DNA of 60,571 bases, filler included, from Diploschistes diacapsis (taxonomy: Eukaryota): assembly GCA_023645945.1 (NCBI GenBank). It is 5 parts of 5 records of this genome, joined end to end, with 100 filler letters (N's around TTAATTAATTAA, not from the genome) between each part and the next. Parts side by side here need not be neighbours in the genome. Positions count along the whole stretch, not along the records: positions 1 to 7,486 come from JALAIB010001279.1; positions 7,587 to 37,823 come from JALAIB010000128.1; 3 more parts are not named here. One strand, written 5' to 3'. The notes under the pieces were generated by a model. It did no database searches, was not told where the DNA came from, and saw only the letters and a program-made list of their open reading frames with translations. This document shows, in pieces, positions 1 to 12,877 of the stretch (position 1 is its first letter; every line of letters begins with the position of its first letter). The translations under genes were made by a program, and so were the position numbers.

Positions 1-462
1 TAATAATAATAATAATAATATAAAGCTTATAGTGGATAATAAAAGGAGAAAGTGGTTTAAAAATTTAAATATAAAAAGCGATTATGGCTGTTCGGTTCTG
101 GGGCAAACACTCTAATTCAGCTGCAGCTAATAAATCAAGCAGTGCTTCCGACGACTTCCTCTCTTCCTCCTTCTCGTAAAATGGGACTTTCTGGTGATTG
201 ATGCGGTGTTTGGATGAATTCAATTCAAGTTTATTATTGCGTGTTTCCATCGACTTCGAATTTCGACATCGAGCTTTGGAGCTACGACCTATCGTCACCA
301 ACCACCAGCACCACTTCCCCACCTCCGCTACAACTACGCTATTGCCACTAAAGGCCTCTAGAAAGTGCCTGCGGAAAGGGCTGCCGCTGGATAGCAGCAG
401 TATATTTATTCCAAAATTTCCGAGCAAAACTATCTCGCCGCACCAATTCCCCGCCCCTGACA

Positions 463-2015
463 ATGCCACCTTCACTTCCGACACGCCCGCTAGGCCGCAA
501 TGGCCCTCAGATCGTCGCGCTCGGGTTTGGCGCCATGGTTTTGAGCGGTAAGGGCGATCACTGTGTCTCCCTTCCCTGTTCCGAGCCCATTCTTCCGCTT
601 CTTCTTTCCTTGTTCTCAGTTCCTCTGACTTCATTTCCCCCTGTCCCTGACCCCTCTCCTCTTCGCGTTCCAGCCCACCCTTCGTTTCTCTTCCTCTCTT
701 CTCCTCCGAACTTGGCCTCTCATTGACGTCCTGCTTTTTAGCCTTCTACGGTTCTACCGAGTCGGATGAGGAGCGCTTCAAGGTGCTGGACCGGGCCTAC
801 GAGCTTGGGGCTACGCACTGGGACAGCTCGAACGTGTACGGGGACAACGAGGTGTTGATTGGGAAATGGTTTGCGCGGACGGGAAAGAGGAAAGAGGTAG
901 GTCGATGCTTGTTTGTTCGGATTGTGATGCAGCTGGTGTAGTTGAATAGTGTCGGGGTATGGGCGGTGCATCGATTGTGGGCGGAGATCCACTTGAGTGT
1001 TGGCATCCGTTGCGTGTTTTGCCTCCATATGTTGTTCACTTGAGTGCTCCGGGCTCTCCTTGAGTTTCTCTACTCCCACTTTGTTTTTTACGTCGAGGTC
1101 GCGCGATCTTTCCGGATGTCATGATGTTATCACATTATGGTCCGAATCTGTGCTGATCTCCCCACAGATATTTCTTGCCACGAAATTCGGCATAACATCG
1201 GATGAGAAAGGAGACAGAGTCTACCGTAACGAACCGGAGTATGTGCGCGAAGCGGTTGAAACCAGCCTGAAAAGGCTTCAGACAGACTATATCGATCTGT
1301 ACTACTGTCACCGCTTCTCTGGCAAAGTTCCCGTCGAGGACACTATTGCTGCCATGGCAGAACTTGTAAAGTTAGCTTATCCTCTTCCTGTGAAAGGCTC
1401 GCATTGTAGCAGATGCTGAGCCAGCTCCATAGGGAAGGCAAGGTCCGCTACCTCGGCATCAGCGAAGCGTCCGCGGCCACTCTTCGCCGGGCTAACGCGG
1501 TGCATCACATCGCCGCCCTCCAGGTGGAGTATTCCCCATGGACCCTCGACATCGAGTCACCCGCCACGGGCATCCTCAAGACATCCCGTGAGCTCGGCAC
1601 CACAATCATCGCCTACTCCCCCCTTGGCCGCGGCTTCCTCACAGGCCAGTACAGGTCGCCCGACGACTTTGAGGAAGGGGATTTCCGACGCAACAACCCG
1701 CGCTTCTCAAGGGAGAATTTCCCGAAGAACCTAGAGCTTGTGGAGAAGATCAGGGGTATCGCGGACAAGAAGGGCTGTACTCTTGGCCAGCTGACCCTAG
1801 CGTGGTTGATGGCACAGGGGGATGATATCATTCCTATTCCAGGGACCAAGAAAATCAAGTATCTGGAGGAGAACATGGGAAGTCTGGATGTGAAGATTAG
1901 CAAGGAGGACGATGAGGAGATCAGGAAGGCGATTGAGGGAATCAGTGTGAGTGGAGATCGGTACGAGGCAGGGGGGATGAAGGCTGTTTTGGCCGATACA
2001 CCGGAGAAGGAATGA
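463..2015 (+). CDS. Aldo-keto reductase (YakC/pyridoxal-reductase-like), 4 exons: 463-547, 742-896, 1168-1370, 1433-2015
   Basis: Spliced product has AKR motifs [17 protein letters not shown] (catalytic D/Y), [55 protein letters not shown] introns keep frame. Confidence 0.93.
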
Positions 2016-4502
2016 AGGCTACGGGTTGCTGGGGGAGGGAATGCTTCTCAGATTGCCTCGCTTGTCTCTTTTGTTGTAAGAGTGTGGGATAAAGCTATAG
2101 GCCATAGGTACGCTTCGATCTCGTGTTCCGAAAAAAATCACCAGACCAATCGAGACGCGTTAAAAGTGAGGCGCTCGGAGCCGCGAATGGGGTGGAGATA
2201 CTCTGCGTCTGCAAGCAGGGCTACCCAACCTCCGCCGGATCACCGGTAACGTGGCAAGTGCATGATCTGCTGCCACATTCTCGTTTTGTTTTATAATTGC
2301 TTATTCACCTCGTACCACGGCTCCGGCAGTGGTTGGACTGAGTGTCTCGATTTCGGTTTTGCCTTGCTCAGCACATAAGGTATGTTGCCATTAGGCACTT
2401 CCCCCCCCCCCCATCCTGTCGACTTGTGGCACTTGTTAAACCTAGTGGACCGCTTCGAGTCATGTTTCTGCGTGTCGGAGTGGAGCGCGTGAGTCACAAG
2501 AATTATGTGCCGTAGTGGCAGCTCGTCTGTGGAAGACTCCTGTTGTTGGAGGCCTCGCACAGCTTCAGGCTTCAAGTCGATCGCTGCCGCCACGCATGAC
2601 CTAGGCAAACCTGACATGCCGCCATAGACGCAATACCGCTTAGTCTATCAAGAGGGTCTCGACCAGAAGGAATGAAAAAACCAATCTCGATCTTCCTGCA
2701 TTCAGTATAGAGGGTATATCCACGGACGTCTCATGGCTATCGAGGTCCGAAAAGGGTTTCTTGATGGTAGAAAGAGAGAATTCAACCCGGTTATGGGGCT
2801 CTCTGTAACCAATGAAGAGCGGCACCTACCGTGACTGGCTTACTCCAGTGGCGTTCCCCGAAGCATCGTCCAAGACCCCTCTCTTTGATACGCATGCCGT
2901 TCGCTTGGATCGACTGGCTCACGGCCTTCAGCCGAACATGACACTATGCATTGTGCTTTCCCCGCTTGGAAAGGTCATTGACGTGGCCTGCCGTGCAGCC
3001 CGGTCAGCTGCAATGGAACGCCTCCTGTGGCAAAACGATCGAACGCCTTTGTGTTGGGAAAGTAAACGGCCCATGGCATTGCTGCTAAGGTGGATACGGA
3101 ATTTGCCTCGGTGAAAAGAGCGGACGGTTGGGCGGACGGATTTCGTATCAAAAAAGCTTCACCGCTCAAGCTGCAGCATTGTAGGTTTGAAAACATCGCC
3201 ACACTTCAATATGCAACAGTGAGTGGCCAGCAAGGAGACCAATGGCCGCTGTCTAGGCCTGCAGCATTGGCCTGATGGACTGCTTAGAAGCCTAGCGGAG
3301 GCCTTCCCACCCTGACTGAGAGGCACGAGAGATTATCCCCACCTAGTTGAGGAGGTGGTTTCAAGGCGTTGTAGCTAAATGTATCCCAAGCTGCGGGTAG
3401 GTAACTTCCCCAATATGATCCTGACGCGAAGTTGGGGTGCAGGATTTTTCCATATCCCTCCGTAGGTTCAGCTCAGGTGGTTGACTCCCTACTTTCTGAG
3501 TCGAGCTAACGGAACCGTTGCAGGTAATAAACTCATTCCCTTCATTTGACTTGGCTCAGAGCGAGGTGCTGTGCGTTTGCAGTGTGTTGTATGTGGGCAG
3601 ACAGACATCATTGGCATGGGTTAAGATCATTGCGCGGTATGAAGCCCAGAAGCACCGCAGATTCGGCACTTGAATACATCACGGCAGACCATTTAAAAAC
3701 TACTAGTAGCATGCTTCATTTTTTAGCAACCGCACTATGTAGCGTTTTGAACCAGCGAAAGCGATGTTTGAAGTTTGCGGGAGAGAAACGATAGACCTGA
3801 AGGAGGATGTAGTCAATGACGAAGAGATTTTGGGCTGTGGGTGAAAGTGCGAGTGCCAAGGCACAGACTGGACATTTGAGCAGTAGAAGTCGGGAGATTT
3901 TGAAGATGGAAATATCTAAGTTCTGGGAGCCAAGAATTCAATTAAGAAATGGAGATTGAGCTGCTGCTGCTGCCCTTGCTGCCTGTCAGGTCAAAGTATG
4001 AACGACTAAGTGTGTGCTTTTTGAATCGTAGCATCCTCCGCAAAGTAGATTGGCCGCCTGTCCCATTCTAGAAACAAAGAGAAAGCTGCTTCAAAGCTGG
4101 GTATCCTTTTCATTTACAATCTCCCTGGGACCAAGATCCCATTGACCACGGTCAAGAAATCTACATCGCTAGTACAAGAAGCAGAGAGGGGGGGTATCAA
4201 TGAGATACCTTGCCAAGAACTCCTTGCTCAACGTTGCAAGAACCGCTCCACAGGCCTTCGTTCGTGCGATTTCGTAAAGTCGTGAATTCGTAGCGTCGTA
4301 AATCGTTACCATGATACTCAATGTATCATGACGGATAGAGAATTTTTGGAGAGTTTGCCAACGTCTCTGCCGTGCCACCATGTTCAGAAAACCTCCCAAG
4401 GGATTTTGAGCTCTTATTTTGGAAATTCAGCCTTCAAACTTCAACTGTGAATGCAATATGGGATACGTGAGGTGTGATGCCTGGGTCGATCACCCGTTGT
4501 GT

Positions 4503-6683
4503 TCAGTACGGTTCCGCCTCGGTACCAGCAAGTATGTGTGTAGGAGCAGCCGCCATGCTCCGCCTACTGACAGTGCTTCGGGAGCTTCTGCGACTTCGAC
4601 TGCTTGTTCGTAATCTCTGTAGTCGTTCCATGAGAGCCTTGTCAATCTCCTTAGCATCTTCGCCTTCCTCATCCTCTACCACAGAGGCCTCGTGTTTGCG
4701 AATTCCAGCTTCGGCCCTCAGGTTCTTTAGCTTCTCTTCGAGCTCTTTATAAGATCCATCATGACTTTCTCTTGAGGTAACTGGCCGACTGCTACTGCGC
4801 CGATGACCGCCAGCTGGTTCGCCAAACTCTCGAATTTTTCTGACCTCGCGTCTGGCACTAACGCTATACCTTCTGTCTTGTGATGCTCTCCTCTCGCGTT
4901 CCTTGGGCCGGCTGTCGCGATACTTGGACCTTTCGGAGCCACCTATGCTCATCTCCATGACGCCATCGCCATCTTGGCTCTGTCGCAATCGGATTGTTCG
5001 GCCCTCAACACCATCACCACCCCTCAAGTCGATGCGCATGCCTTGAGCTTGCTTGAACCGTAGCTTGATAACGTCTTCTTCCGCTGCAGCCGCCATGCTT
5101 GCGCGATATTTATCCAGACTCTTTCTCTTTTTCGCTTCGCTACCTTCACGACTACTGCTGGCTCGGCTCCCTGTCTCGCTACCACCCTTGGATTTTGACT
5201 TGACCTTGACCAATTGATCGGCTCTGTTGACTTGTTGTATGGCGTTCTCTGTGAGCGGAACTTGCCGATTTTGACCCCTTTGAAGGGCTTGATACTCTTC
5301 AGCCTGTCTGACCTGGTCCACTCCACCGTTGTACGAAACTGGTCGGGAAGGTCCTCGGCGTATTGCGGCTGGGGACACTGGAGCTTCTGCCGCACGGACA
5401 GTGTTTTTCGTACTTGAAGTACGCGATGGTAAAGAGGGCCGTGATGCTGGCCGGGCTTCCTCGAATGACGGCTTGCGAGGGGAAGAGGATACTAGTTCTA
5501 GGTTTCGATCGCTCCGTCGATGGACAGCAGTAGATGTTGTAGCAGAATGACGCATTGCTGGTCTCTGTGGGACAGGCGGGGGTGGCATTAGCCGACGGTA
5601 GTAGGCTTCGTTCTCTTCTAAGAAAACAGCTTCATCTTCAATAAGCGGTGGTTCAATAGAAAACTGGTCCACTGAGGCCACTGAAAGACGGCGGGAATCG
5701 TAGTCCGCGTGGGGATGTATCGGTGGATGAAAGATTGGCGGCACCGACGGATACTCGACAATGGGTGGTGCACCCTGCACTGAATAGCGTCTGGCAACTG
5801 GCTGGGGAGCATGCGGGAAGCTGGAAGGTAACGGGTAATACCCTTCTGGTTGCCAGCGTGGGCCCGGTGCGTAGTGCGGCGGAGTCGTCGGTGAGAATGG
5901 GTACGATATTTGTCGATTGGGCGATGTTTGTAATGGCGTTGGGACGTAAGTTGTCGCCGGACCCCGATATACTGGCGCATAGAATGTCGTAGGCAGCGAC
6001 ATCTGTGGAGGAGGGGGCCGTTGATAGATTTGTGGAGCTGCGTACATATATGGCGGGAAATTGGGGACAGCGCCATGATAACTTGCCGGTCGTGAGGTAG
6101 GATGCATATCGGTCGACAGTGTTCGAACCCGTACCGCTGCGGGATGGATTGGAATAGCCTGAGAAGCAACCTGGAGGGCCGGTCGTGGTTTGACAGGAGG
6201 TTGATTTTCTTGTATGTTGGAAGGGCGGCCATGAACTGTATTTGCTTTCGCAGGCTCTACAGCTGTGCCGGATAGCCGTATTTTCGCAGCGTCTTCTCTG
6301 CTCTCTGGTAAATTGACTCTAAGATTATCCTTCTTTTGTGTTCTTGTAATAGGTCTCTTCACTTGCGCCTTGGGAGGGGAACCCTGTTCCTTCGTTGACG
6401 ACTTCCTGACAGCGCCTGCCATTTTTCGCCCAAGGCTCTTTAATCCGCTCTTTGGCACAGAAGCAGTGTTCGATTCTTGAGACGAGGAGCCTCCTGTAGC
6501 CGCAGTGTGACTCGAGTAGCCGGAGTCGCTCGCCGCATCACGCCCTGATCTTTTCACTTCCTTGGACCGTTTGACGGCGGTGTTGGCAGACTGCTTCGAT
6601 CCTGGAATGGTTGTCTGTGAGTCCTCATTGACATCCTCAATGTACATGGGAGGAGGACCTTGAGCGGTCGAGGATCCTGACAT
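4503..6683 (-). CDS. Hypothetical 726-aa Ser/Pro/Arg-rich, probably disordered protein
   Basis: Uninterrupted 2.2-kb ATG-started ORF; no domain recognised; short C-terminal coiled-coil-like stretch. Confidence 0.75.
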   Translation of the reverse strand: MSGSSTAQGPPPMYIEDVNEDSQTTIPGSKQSANTAVKRSKEVKRSGRDAASDSGYSSHTAATGGSSSQESNTASVPKSGLKSLGRKMAGAVRKSSTKEQGSPPKAQVKRPITRTQKKDNLRVNLPESREDAAKIRLSGTAVEPAKANTVHGRPSNIQENQPPVKPRPALQVASQAIPIHPAAVRVRTLSTDMHPTSRPASYHGAVPNFPPYMYAAPQIYQRPPPPQMSLPTTFYAPVYRGPATTYVPTPLQTSPNRQISYPFSPTTPPHYAPGPRWQPEGYYPLPSSFPHAPQPVARRYSVQGAPPIVEYPSVPPIFHPPIHPHADYDSRRLSVASVDQFSIEPPLIEDEAVFLEENEAYYRRLMPPPPVPQRPAMRHSATTSTAVHRRSDRNLELVSSSPRKPSFEEARPASRPSLPSRTSSTKNTVRAAEAPVSPAAIRRGPSRPVSYNGGVDQVRQAEEYQALQRGQNRQVPLTENAIQQVNRADQLVKVKSKSKGGSETGSRASSSREGSEAKKRKSLDKYRASMAAAAEEDVIKLRFKQAQGMRIDLRGGDGVEGRTIRLRQSQDGDGVMEMSIGGSERSKYRDSRPKERERRASQDRRYSVSARREVRKIREFGEPAGGHRRSSSRPVTSRESHDGSYKELEEKLKNLRAEAGIRKHEASVVEDEEGEDAKEIDKALMERLQRLRTSSRSRRSSRSTVSRRSMAAAPTHILAGTEAEPY

Positions 6684-7227
6684 TGCTCATCGGAATAGCT
6701 ATGCATGCCAATCTAACCCAAAAAAACAACCCCCAGCCAACAAGCCAGACAATAGCTGGATTCAGCGGACGGATAGACCCAAAAAGGGTAGTAGGAAATG
6801 ACAAGTACGCGACTTGTCAAATGCTTGAGAAAATATTTGGCTCTTCAGGTTTAAAATTTTTGCAGAGATTGTTTGGGTGGAAGGGGAAAAAAGGCAGGAA
6901 TTGGTGGGGGCTGCAGCGAGAGGATCTGTGAGATACGAGCAAATCAATTGGACTCGGCTTCGGCCACTTTCTATATCTTGTGCCGATGATTGGGGTACTA
7001 GCTGCAGGCTCAAAGAATGGGTCAGTCAAGGAAGGAACTAGCAAATAATATTAAGAAGTCTCCGTTTTCCGATTATGTGACGAACGAACTCACTGGTAGA
7101 GAGAGAAGAAGAGAGTAGTTTATTCAGGTTGCAAAAGGCAAAAGGTAAAAAAGGCGGGGGTTTGATTTGGCGATGGATTCTCTAGCTCTCCCGAGAAAAG
7201 CAATTGATAGTGGGATAGTGTGATGGC

Positions 7228-7486
7228 AGGGGTAGTAGTTGTAGTAGTAGTTGTAGTTAGTAGTTGTAGTAGTAGTAGTTGTAGTAGTGGTGGTAGTTGT
7301 AGTAGTGGTAGTGGGGTAGTAGTGGTGGTAGTTGTAATAAGTAGTAGTAGTTGTAGTAGTGGTAGTTTTAGTAATGGTGGTAGTTGTAGTAGTGGTAGTG
7401 GGGTAGTGGTGGTAGTTGTAATAGTAGTGGTAGTTGTAGTAATAGTAGTATTAATAATAATAGTAGTAATAATAATAATAGTAGTA
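7228..7486. repeat. Degenerate (GTA/GTG/GTT/ATA)n trinucleotide low-complexity tract at contig end
   Basis: Directly visible; runs into the N spacer. Confidence 0.9.
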
Positions 7487-7586
7487 NNNNNNNNNNNNNN
7501 NNNNNNNNNNNNNNNNNNNNNNNNNNNNNNTTAATTAATTAANNNNNNNNNNNNNNNNNNNNNNNNNNNNNNNNNNNNNNNNNNNN
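7487..7586. other. Artificial contig-joining spacer (44N-TTAATTAATTAA-44N)
   Basis: Exactly 100 nt; palindromic 12-mer giving stops in all six frames; identical at four places. Confidence 0.97.
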
Positions 7587-7745
7587 GGGGGGAGGGGTGC
7601 CTGATCTGATCTTGTTGTATTTGGGAATCATGTTGCACAATCAAGATATAACTTGTAGTCATTTGCTTCTGGGACGTCACTCAAGCGGTTGAGGGAGTCA
7701 CAAGAGAAGATCCAGAAAGAGAAGTGAAAATAAAGGAAAACTTAC

Positions 7746-8668
7746 GCATCTAGTATTTCTGAATGTGATGCAGCTTCTCGCGATTTGCTTGCATACTCAA
7801 CCAGCTCATCAATATCATCACCACGCTCCGCTTCTTCACCCGTCTTCCTTTTCAGGGTTGACTTCTGTCTTGGATATTTTTCACCGTTCTCCGCTATTTG
7901 CATGATAACTATTTCACCGAGGTTGTCCGCAGGAGCATAGGAAGAAACTCGCTCATCGTAGACAGTCTTTACGTGCTTGGGACAAATGTCTGGGAAGATT
8001 TCAAAGACTTGTTGTAGGACAATTTCGAATTCAACTGGAGGTGGTCCAGGCGCTTTTGCCGGCGTCACAGGAGTTCCTAGGGTCGGGCTATCAAAGTCCA
8101 GATCTGAAGGGGTGAGCTGACCCCCGAAATAGCCATAGTCCTCGGACGGCGAGCGTGACCTATCGTAGTTGAGGCCAGGCATATGAGCAGGCCTAGGAGC
8201 AGATGGGGGCAACGGATTACGCGGCTGTATGTCGTTTTGGCCATAGAACTGGTTGGGAAGCCGGTTTGCAAATGGGATTGCTGGTAATGGCCGTAGTTGA
8301 TGACCCATGCGTGCTTGAGTAGCCTGATCCTGCCGGATGTTGGGGACTCGCTGACGATCATATTGTCGGATCAGTTCCAAGGCACGATCAAGGCGGTCAT
8401 ATTGATCTGCCTGGCCCCTTTCGGCTTGAGGTAAGCCAAAGGGGTCCGCCTGCTCAAAATCAGGAATATTGATGGCCTCCGGGAAAGAGAGTCCATCCCC
8501 TGCCGGTCCCTGCCTGCCGTGGTACCCTTGGAGCCACAACGGCAGATTGGGAGGTCCTGCCACCGCCGCGTTCCGAGGAACGGCCGGAGCGGAGTTCCGA
8601 GCTGGGGCGGCTTCGTCAGAATCATCGTCGATCTCAATAATCTCTGGATGTTTATTCCTGGAGGTCAT
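7746..8668 (-). CDS. First exon of a probable RNF216/TRIAD3-like RBR E3 ubiquitin ligase; 3' part lost at the spacer
   Basis: 308-aa ORF ending at a GTAAG donor (~7745); VFEIFPDICPKHV..YP...LKRK pattern resembles the N-terminus of fungal RNF216-like proteins; RING/IBR domains not present in window. Confidence 0.55.
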
Positions 8669-9686
8669 TATTTACGTCTACCTTTGGCCTGGTAACAATG
8701 GAATAGCGTGTTTGTTGAGCTCAACTGTCGACTAACCCAATGTCGTCTCCTATGCCCTTCAGGGAAAGCACATGAAGATAAAGCTTTTGCTGTACTGGTA
8801 TGGTGCACGGATGGCAGACTAGAGAGGTCGGATATATATACTGTAAAGTTAAGTGGCCGGGATGGAAACTGAAGACTGGGACACGCAGAGGTTGTTTCGT
8901 GAATGCTCCTGGCCAAGTCGTTTTCTGGTAACAGGTCATGAAGTTTGAAAGACGGCTGAGTTCGAATTTGTATTCTATTCGCACAGACTGCTTGTACGTT
9001 GGTTATGGACAGTCCTACCGACAGCGCTCCACTGGTGAATGCAGGATCCGCCTTTTTGACATATCCTTGGCCAAAGGATTCGACGGTCAAGAGGGTTTTG
9101 CGGCACTAGGTGAGTGCGGGAAAATCAAGCCAACTTGATCGAGTCACGTACAGGGAAAGCCCGTTAACTTCAATAAGGCCAGGTGCAGAACAAAGCGAGC
9201 GTCGCGCAGATACTGTAAGACACCCGGCGGCCGTCCCTTCAAGCGCGGGGTGTAAGGCCCTGTACAGAGACCCAATCGCATCATGCAGCCTTGTTAGAGA
9301 TAAAAGCAGCTCTCATCAGCAAATATGAGGCATTTGAGGTTCGAATATATCATTATCTGGCGAAATTAAAATATAACACTACTAGCATAAGCTCTCTGCA
9401 AAAGCACTCAAAAAATTCAAGATGACGGGTGCTTTGCTGTTACTAAGCCAGAAAATCGGTTCCCTCGGATAGCTTCAAGTTCAAAAGCATCATCACTGCA
9501 GCCGGCCGACACTGCCTGCATCGAGGAGTCAAGTATCTAGGGGCAAGGGGCGCTTGCCTCGTTTAACCACTAAGACAAGTCCCCTTATTGCTACTCACGC
9601 CTGTGCATTTGGGAGTTATTCCTGTCCAACTTTTCTGAAGCAACTACTAGATCGGTTTCGCCATTCATTCGGATATATTTGCCAAT

Positions 9687-9717
9687 TCAGTCAGTCAGTC
9701 AGTCAGTCAGTCAGTCA
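9687..9717. repeat. (TCAG)n microsatellite, ~7.75 units
   Basis: Directly visible. Confidence 0.9.
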
Positions 9718-10086
9718 CATGGCTCTCGGAGCGTCCTGGTCTCCTGGTTCTAGGAATAGGAATAGGGTATACGGACCGCAAACATAAGGTGATATCTCAC
9801 CCAAAGCCAAAGCCACATCCACCGACTGCGGCCGCTTAGAATCGGGAAAATGGAAAAATGGGGACTTTGACGTAGCAGAAGGGGCTCGGAGTAGTTTCCT
9901 CCATCTGTGTGGACTCAGGAATCCGTGTTGTGTACAAAATGCCCCGGTCACGCTGTTCGTTCGGTACTACAACCTCTATCCTACAAAGCAACGTCCTCTA
10001 CTACAGTCGAATATTGCAGGTTTAAAATAAAGCTCAAGTAATTGTTTATCAGGCGCACAGAAGACGGCCACCGGAGCGATTGTACA

Positions 10087-11328
10087 ATGTTCCCCGCAGC
10101 AGCGACTACTCGTTTCGCCCAACGAGCGGAGAGCCCATCAATTCTTCCGGACGGCGTGTCACCGTACCTCGAGCTCGTGGTTGCCTCGCCGGAAGAAATA
10201 ACCGAGTGTGTGCTGCTGAACAAGGTATCATGGAGCGGGCCACTCTCTGAAGAAGCCTACCTGCGTCGAGAAGCACATCTGAGGTCCCAAACTGCCACGG
10301 CCAATGGTGGGCTCACCGGCTGGATCCTCGTTGATAAGAGGGATTCCAAATCTCCCCGTACGATACTCGCGGCCTGCGAATCGTTGCGGAAGAGGGCGTT
10401 TGTTGCCCAGCGAGGGAAAGGAGTCAAAGAAGGTCAGACGTTTGGTGTAGGGAGTGTGTATTGCAGGGAAGAGTATCGGGGAAAGGGCTATGCCCTACGG
10501 ATGATGGCTGAGCTGCGCAAGAATCTGGAGAGCTGGCAACAAGCGGAAGGAAAGAGCACAGACTTCACTATCTTATACTCCGATATTGGAAAGGTAAGAG
10601 ATGCCCAGGGAAAAGCTTGAAGGTCAGGTATTGACGCCTAGTAGAAATTCTATGCAAAGAATGGGTGGATTCCATACCCTTCCGCCCACATTTCGCTAAA
10701 GCCGGGCGCAGTTGCGACTACCAACTTGCCACACTCCAAACCGCTCTTCGCCAAAGACCTACCTGCTCTGTGCCGGAAGGATGAGGCTCTACTCAAGCAA
10801 ACAGTCGCTAAATTTTCACCGTCAGGTCCGGATTTCAAGGTAGCCTTGGTCCCAACGTCAGATTTCATGGATTGGCATCATGCAAGAGAAGAATTTTTGG
10901 CAAATGAGCTGTTAGGGCGCACTCCCAAGATCAAAGGTGCAATTGTGGACTCTTCAGGCGCCAGGGCAGTCTGGTGCGTATGGACACGGCTTTTCGCAAG
11001 AAATGGCGAAGAAAACTCGCTCCAGATCCTCAGAATAGCTATTGAAGATGAAGACTGTGCAGATCCCGACCCCTCGAGTTCAGAGAGCGTGCAGGCTGTA
11101 GGCGCTTGTCTGGCAGCCGCGCAAGAAGAAGCTCTCGCTTGGAGTATGAAGACAGTGGAGCTCTGGAATCCATCGCCCACCGTATTAGCTGGTGTGAAAC
11201 TACTGGATCCCAAAGCGAGGGTGATTCACCGAGAACAAGAGTCCGTTGCATGCTTGAACTGGTATGGGGAAAGTCCTGGAACCCATAACATTCAATGGGT
11301 GGCAAATGAGAAATTTGGCTGGTGTTAG
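10087..11328 (+). CDS. GNAT-family acetyltransferase (LYC1-like lysine acetyltransferase), exons 10087-10593, 10645-11328
   Basis: W.GPLSEEAYLRRE, VGSVYCREEYRGKGYA (acetyl-CoA motif A), LYSDIGK|KFYAKNGW across the intron, C-terminal ANEKFGWC. Confidence 0.85.
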
Positions 11329-11397
11329 ATTCATCCCAGGCGGGTGCCCCAAACAAGGGCATACCAGTGACCTGAAGCCAAGCTCTCGTAGCGAAAA

Positions 11398-12495
11398 CTA
11401 TCGCTTACTCCTAAATTTTTCGTGCCACTTTGACTTGGAGGCTGTCGTGGACTTGGTGGTAGTACTTGATGCGTCGTTGGGATCTATATGAGGTTTGAGC
11501 GCGAGCTTGTCTCCTTCAACATCGACATATTTGCCCTAAGGCGAGTTTAGATCAAATCCTCGTTTATGGGGAATGTAGATAAATTACCTTTAGAAGGCTG
11601 AAATCCACCTCCGATTTCCATATATCAGGCAGTTCGTCTTGCCAACGAGAGAGGAAGAAGTCCTTCGAAACAGAGGGTTCTGCCATTGCCTCTAGTAAAA
11701 TAGATCCAAGCCACGAGACACACTTGCTGGAACTCATGGAAGTCTGACAATCTACCTCTCCATTGGTAGATATGCGTCGAATGATAGCATCAAAAATCGC
11801 ACCGTTGCAGCCATCCTCCAAGACTAAGCGCTTGACACGGCAAATGTCCATCTTCCCATCAATACTAATTCCTTCAATCATCGCCGAGTTCGTGATAGAT
11901 CGCCAAACATTCCTAGCAGTCTCGGCGGTTGGTACCCAGCAATATCCTCCATGTTCAAAGACACATAATTCTACTTGTCCATTTTGTATCTCGCGCTCAG
12001 AGAACGGTGCATTGTAAAGGAGCTCATCCGACTTGGTGCCAGTTTTTTGGCGGTTGTCATTTCTTGAAGCGTCATAAAGTGGGAGTGTAGTTCTCAGGTA
12101 TTGTAGGACATCTAGACTCCTCGGAACCAGCTCCAATAAACCATGGCATTGAGCCACACCTGCAAGGCCCGATCTCATATCACCTTCAACCTCCGAAGGA
12201 CGCAGGATGTAGAGAACGTTGGAAGACTGTACCTGACGAAGCTCAAAGGTTTGATCTTTCGTACATAGCACCGCGGGGGGGGAGGTCTCGGCTCGTGTTG
12301 AGGGAGGTTGGTATCCCGACTTCAGTTGCAGGCTCTCGAAGAGGTCAGCTGGAAGTCACTCAGTGCATGGAAGGTATTTCACATTTGAGGTGTACCCGAT
12401 GATACTAAAGAAACCACACTGGAAGGTAGCTCAAGTAACCTGAAGTTTTGCTGATCGACATCAATCCTCAGAGGTACCTCGATTCTTCGACTCAT
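11398..12495 (-). CDS. DCC1: Sister chromatid cohesion protein Dcc1 (Ctf18-RFC subunit), 3 exons
   Basis: FRLLELP in exon 1, AVLCTKDQTFELRQVQSSN, W...LP..W winged-helix region, C-terminal KWHEKF; intron 1 boundaries approximate. Confidence 0.88.
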
Positions 12496-12666
12496 GGCGG
12501 TGCAGGACACTGAGCCGATTCCCGAGAGATACGGCTAGCACCTTACTCATGATCCTCACAAGCTCGAACCAAGCTGGAGATGTCACTAATAACCATATCT
12601 AGGATTTTTTTTTTAAATAAATATTGTATAAGTAGTCGGTCTGACTAATCACCGGTTAATCGTATA

Positions 12667-12875
12667 ACGTGTTTCACCACATAATGGGTTACACCACAAA
12701 GCGGGTTACAATCCCTGCACCTTCGTAAAATGTATTTCTTAACATTTTCACCTTTCGTACAAATAATTTTATATGTGGTTGTGGGGCTCAAAAGCTCGCT
12801 TAAAACTATCTAGCGCATCTACATTATAATGAATAACCCTCTTTGTGGTGTAACCCGTTTTGTAATGAAAGACGT
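12667..12875 (+). mobile_element. Fot1/pogo-type MITE family A, copy 1 (209 bp)
   Basis: TA flanks; ~42-bp imperfect TIRs beginning ACGT; non-coding AT-rich core shared with copies 2 and 3. Confidence 0.85.
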
Positions 12876-12877
12876 TA

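Noticed and set aside
65..634. 189-aa minus-strand ORF
   Set aside because: Antisense to the AKR promoter, exon 1 and pyrimidine-rich intron; no protein features.
897..1167. Possible C/D snoRNA in long AKR intron 2
   Set aside because: The CTGA is the branch point; no terminal stem or recognisable guide.
7220..7534. Poly-Val/Ser ORF
   Set aside because: Translation of a trinucleotide low-complexity tract running into Ns.
7531..7542. Recurrent TTAATTAATTAA as a biological repeat or CRISPR-like unit
   Set aside because: Always centred in exactly 44+44 N; an all-frame-stop assembly linker.
12686..12856. GGGTTA/TAACCC as telomeric repeats
   Set aside because: Isolated hexamers within MITE TIR sub-repeats, not tandem arrays.
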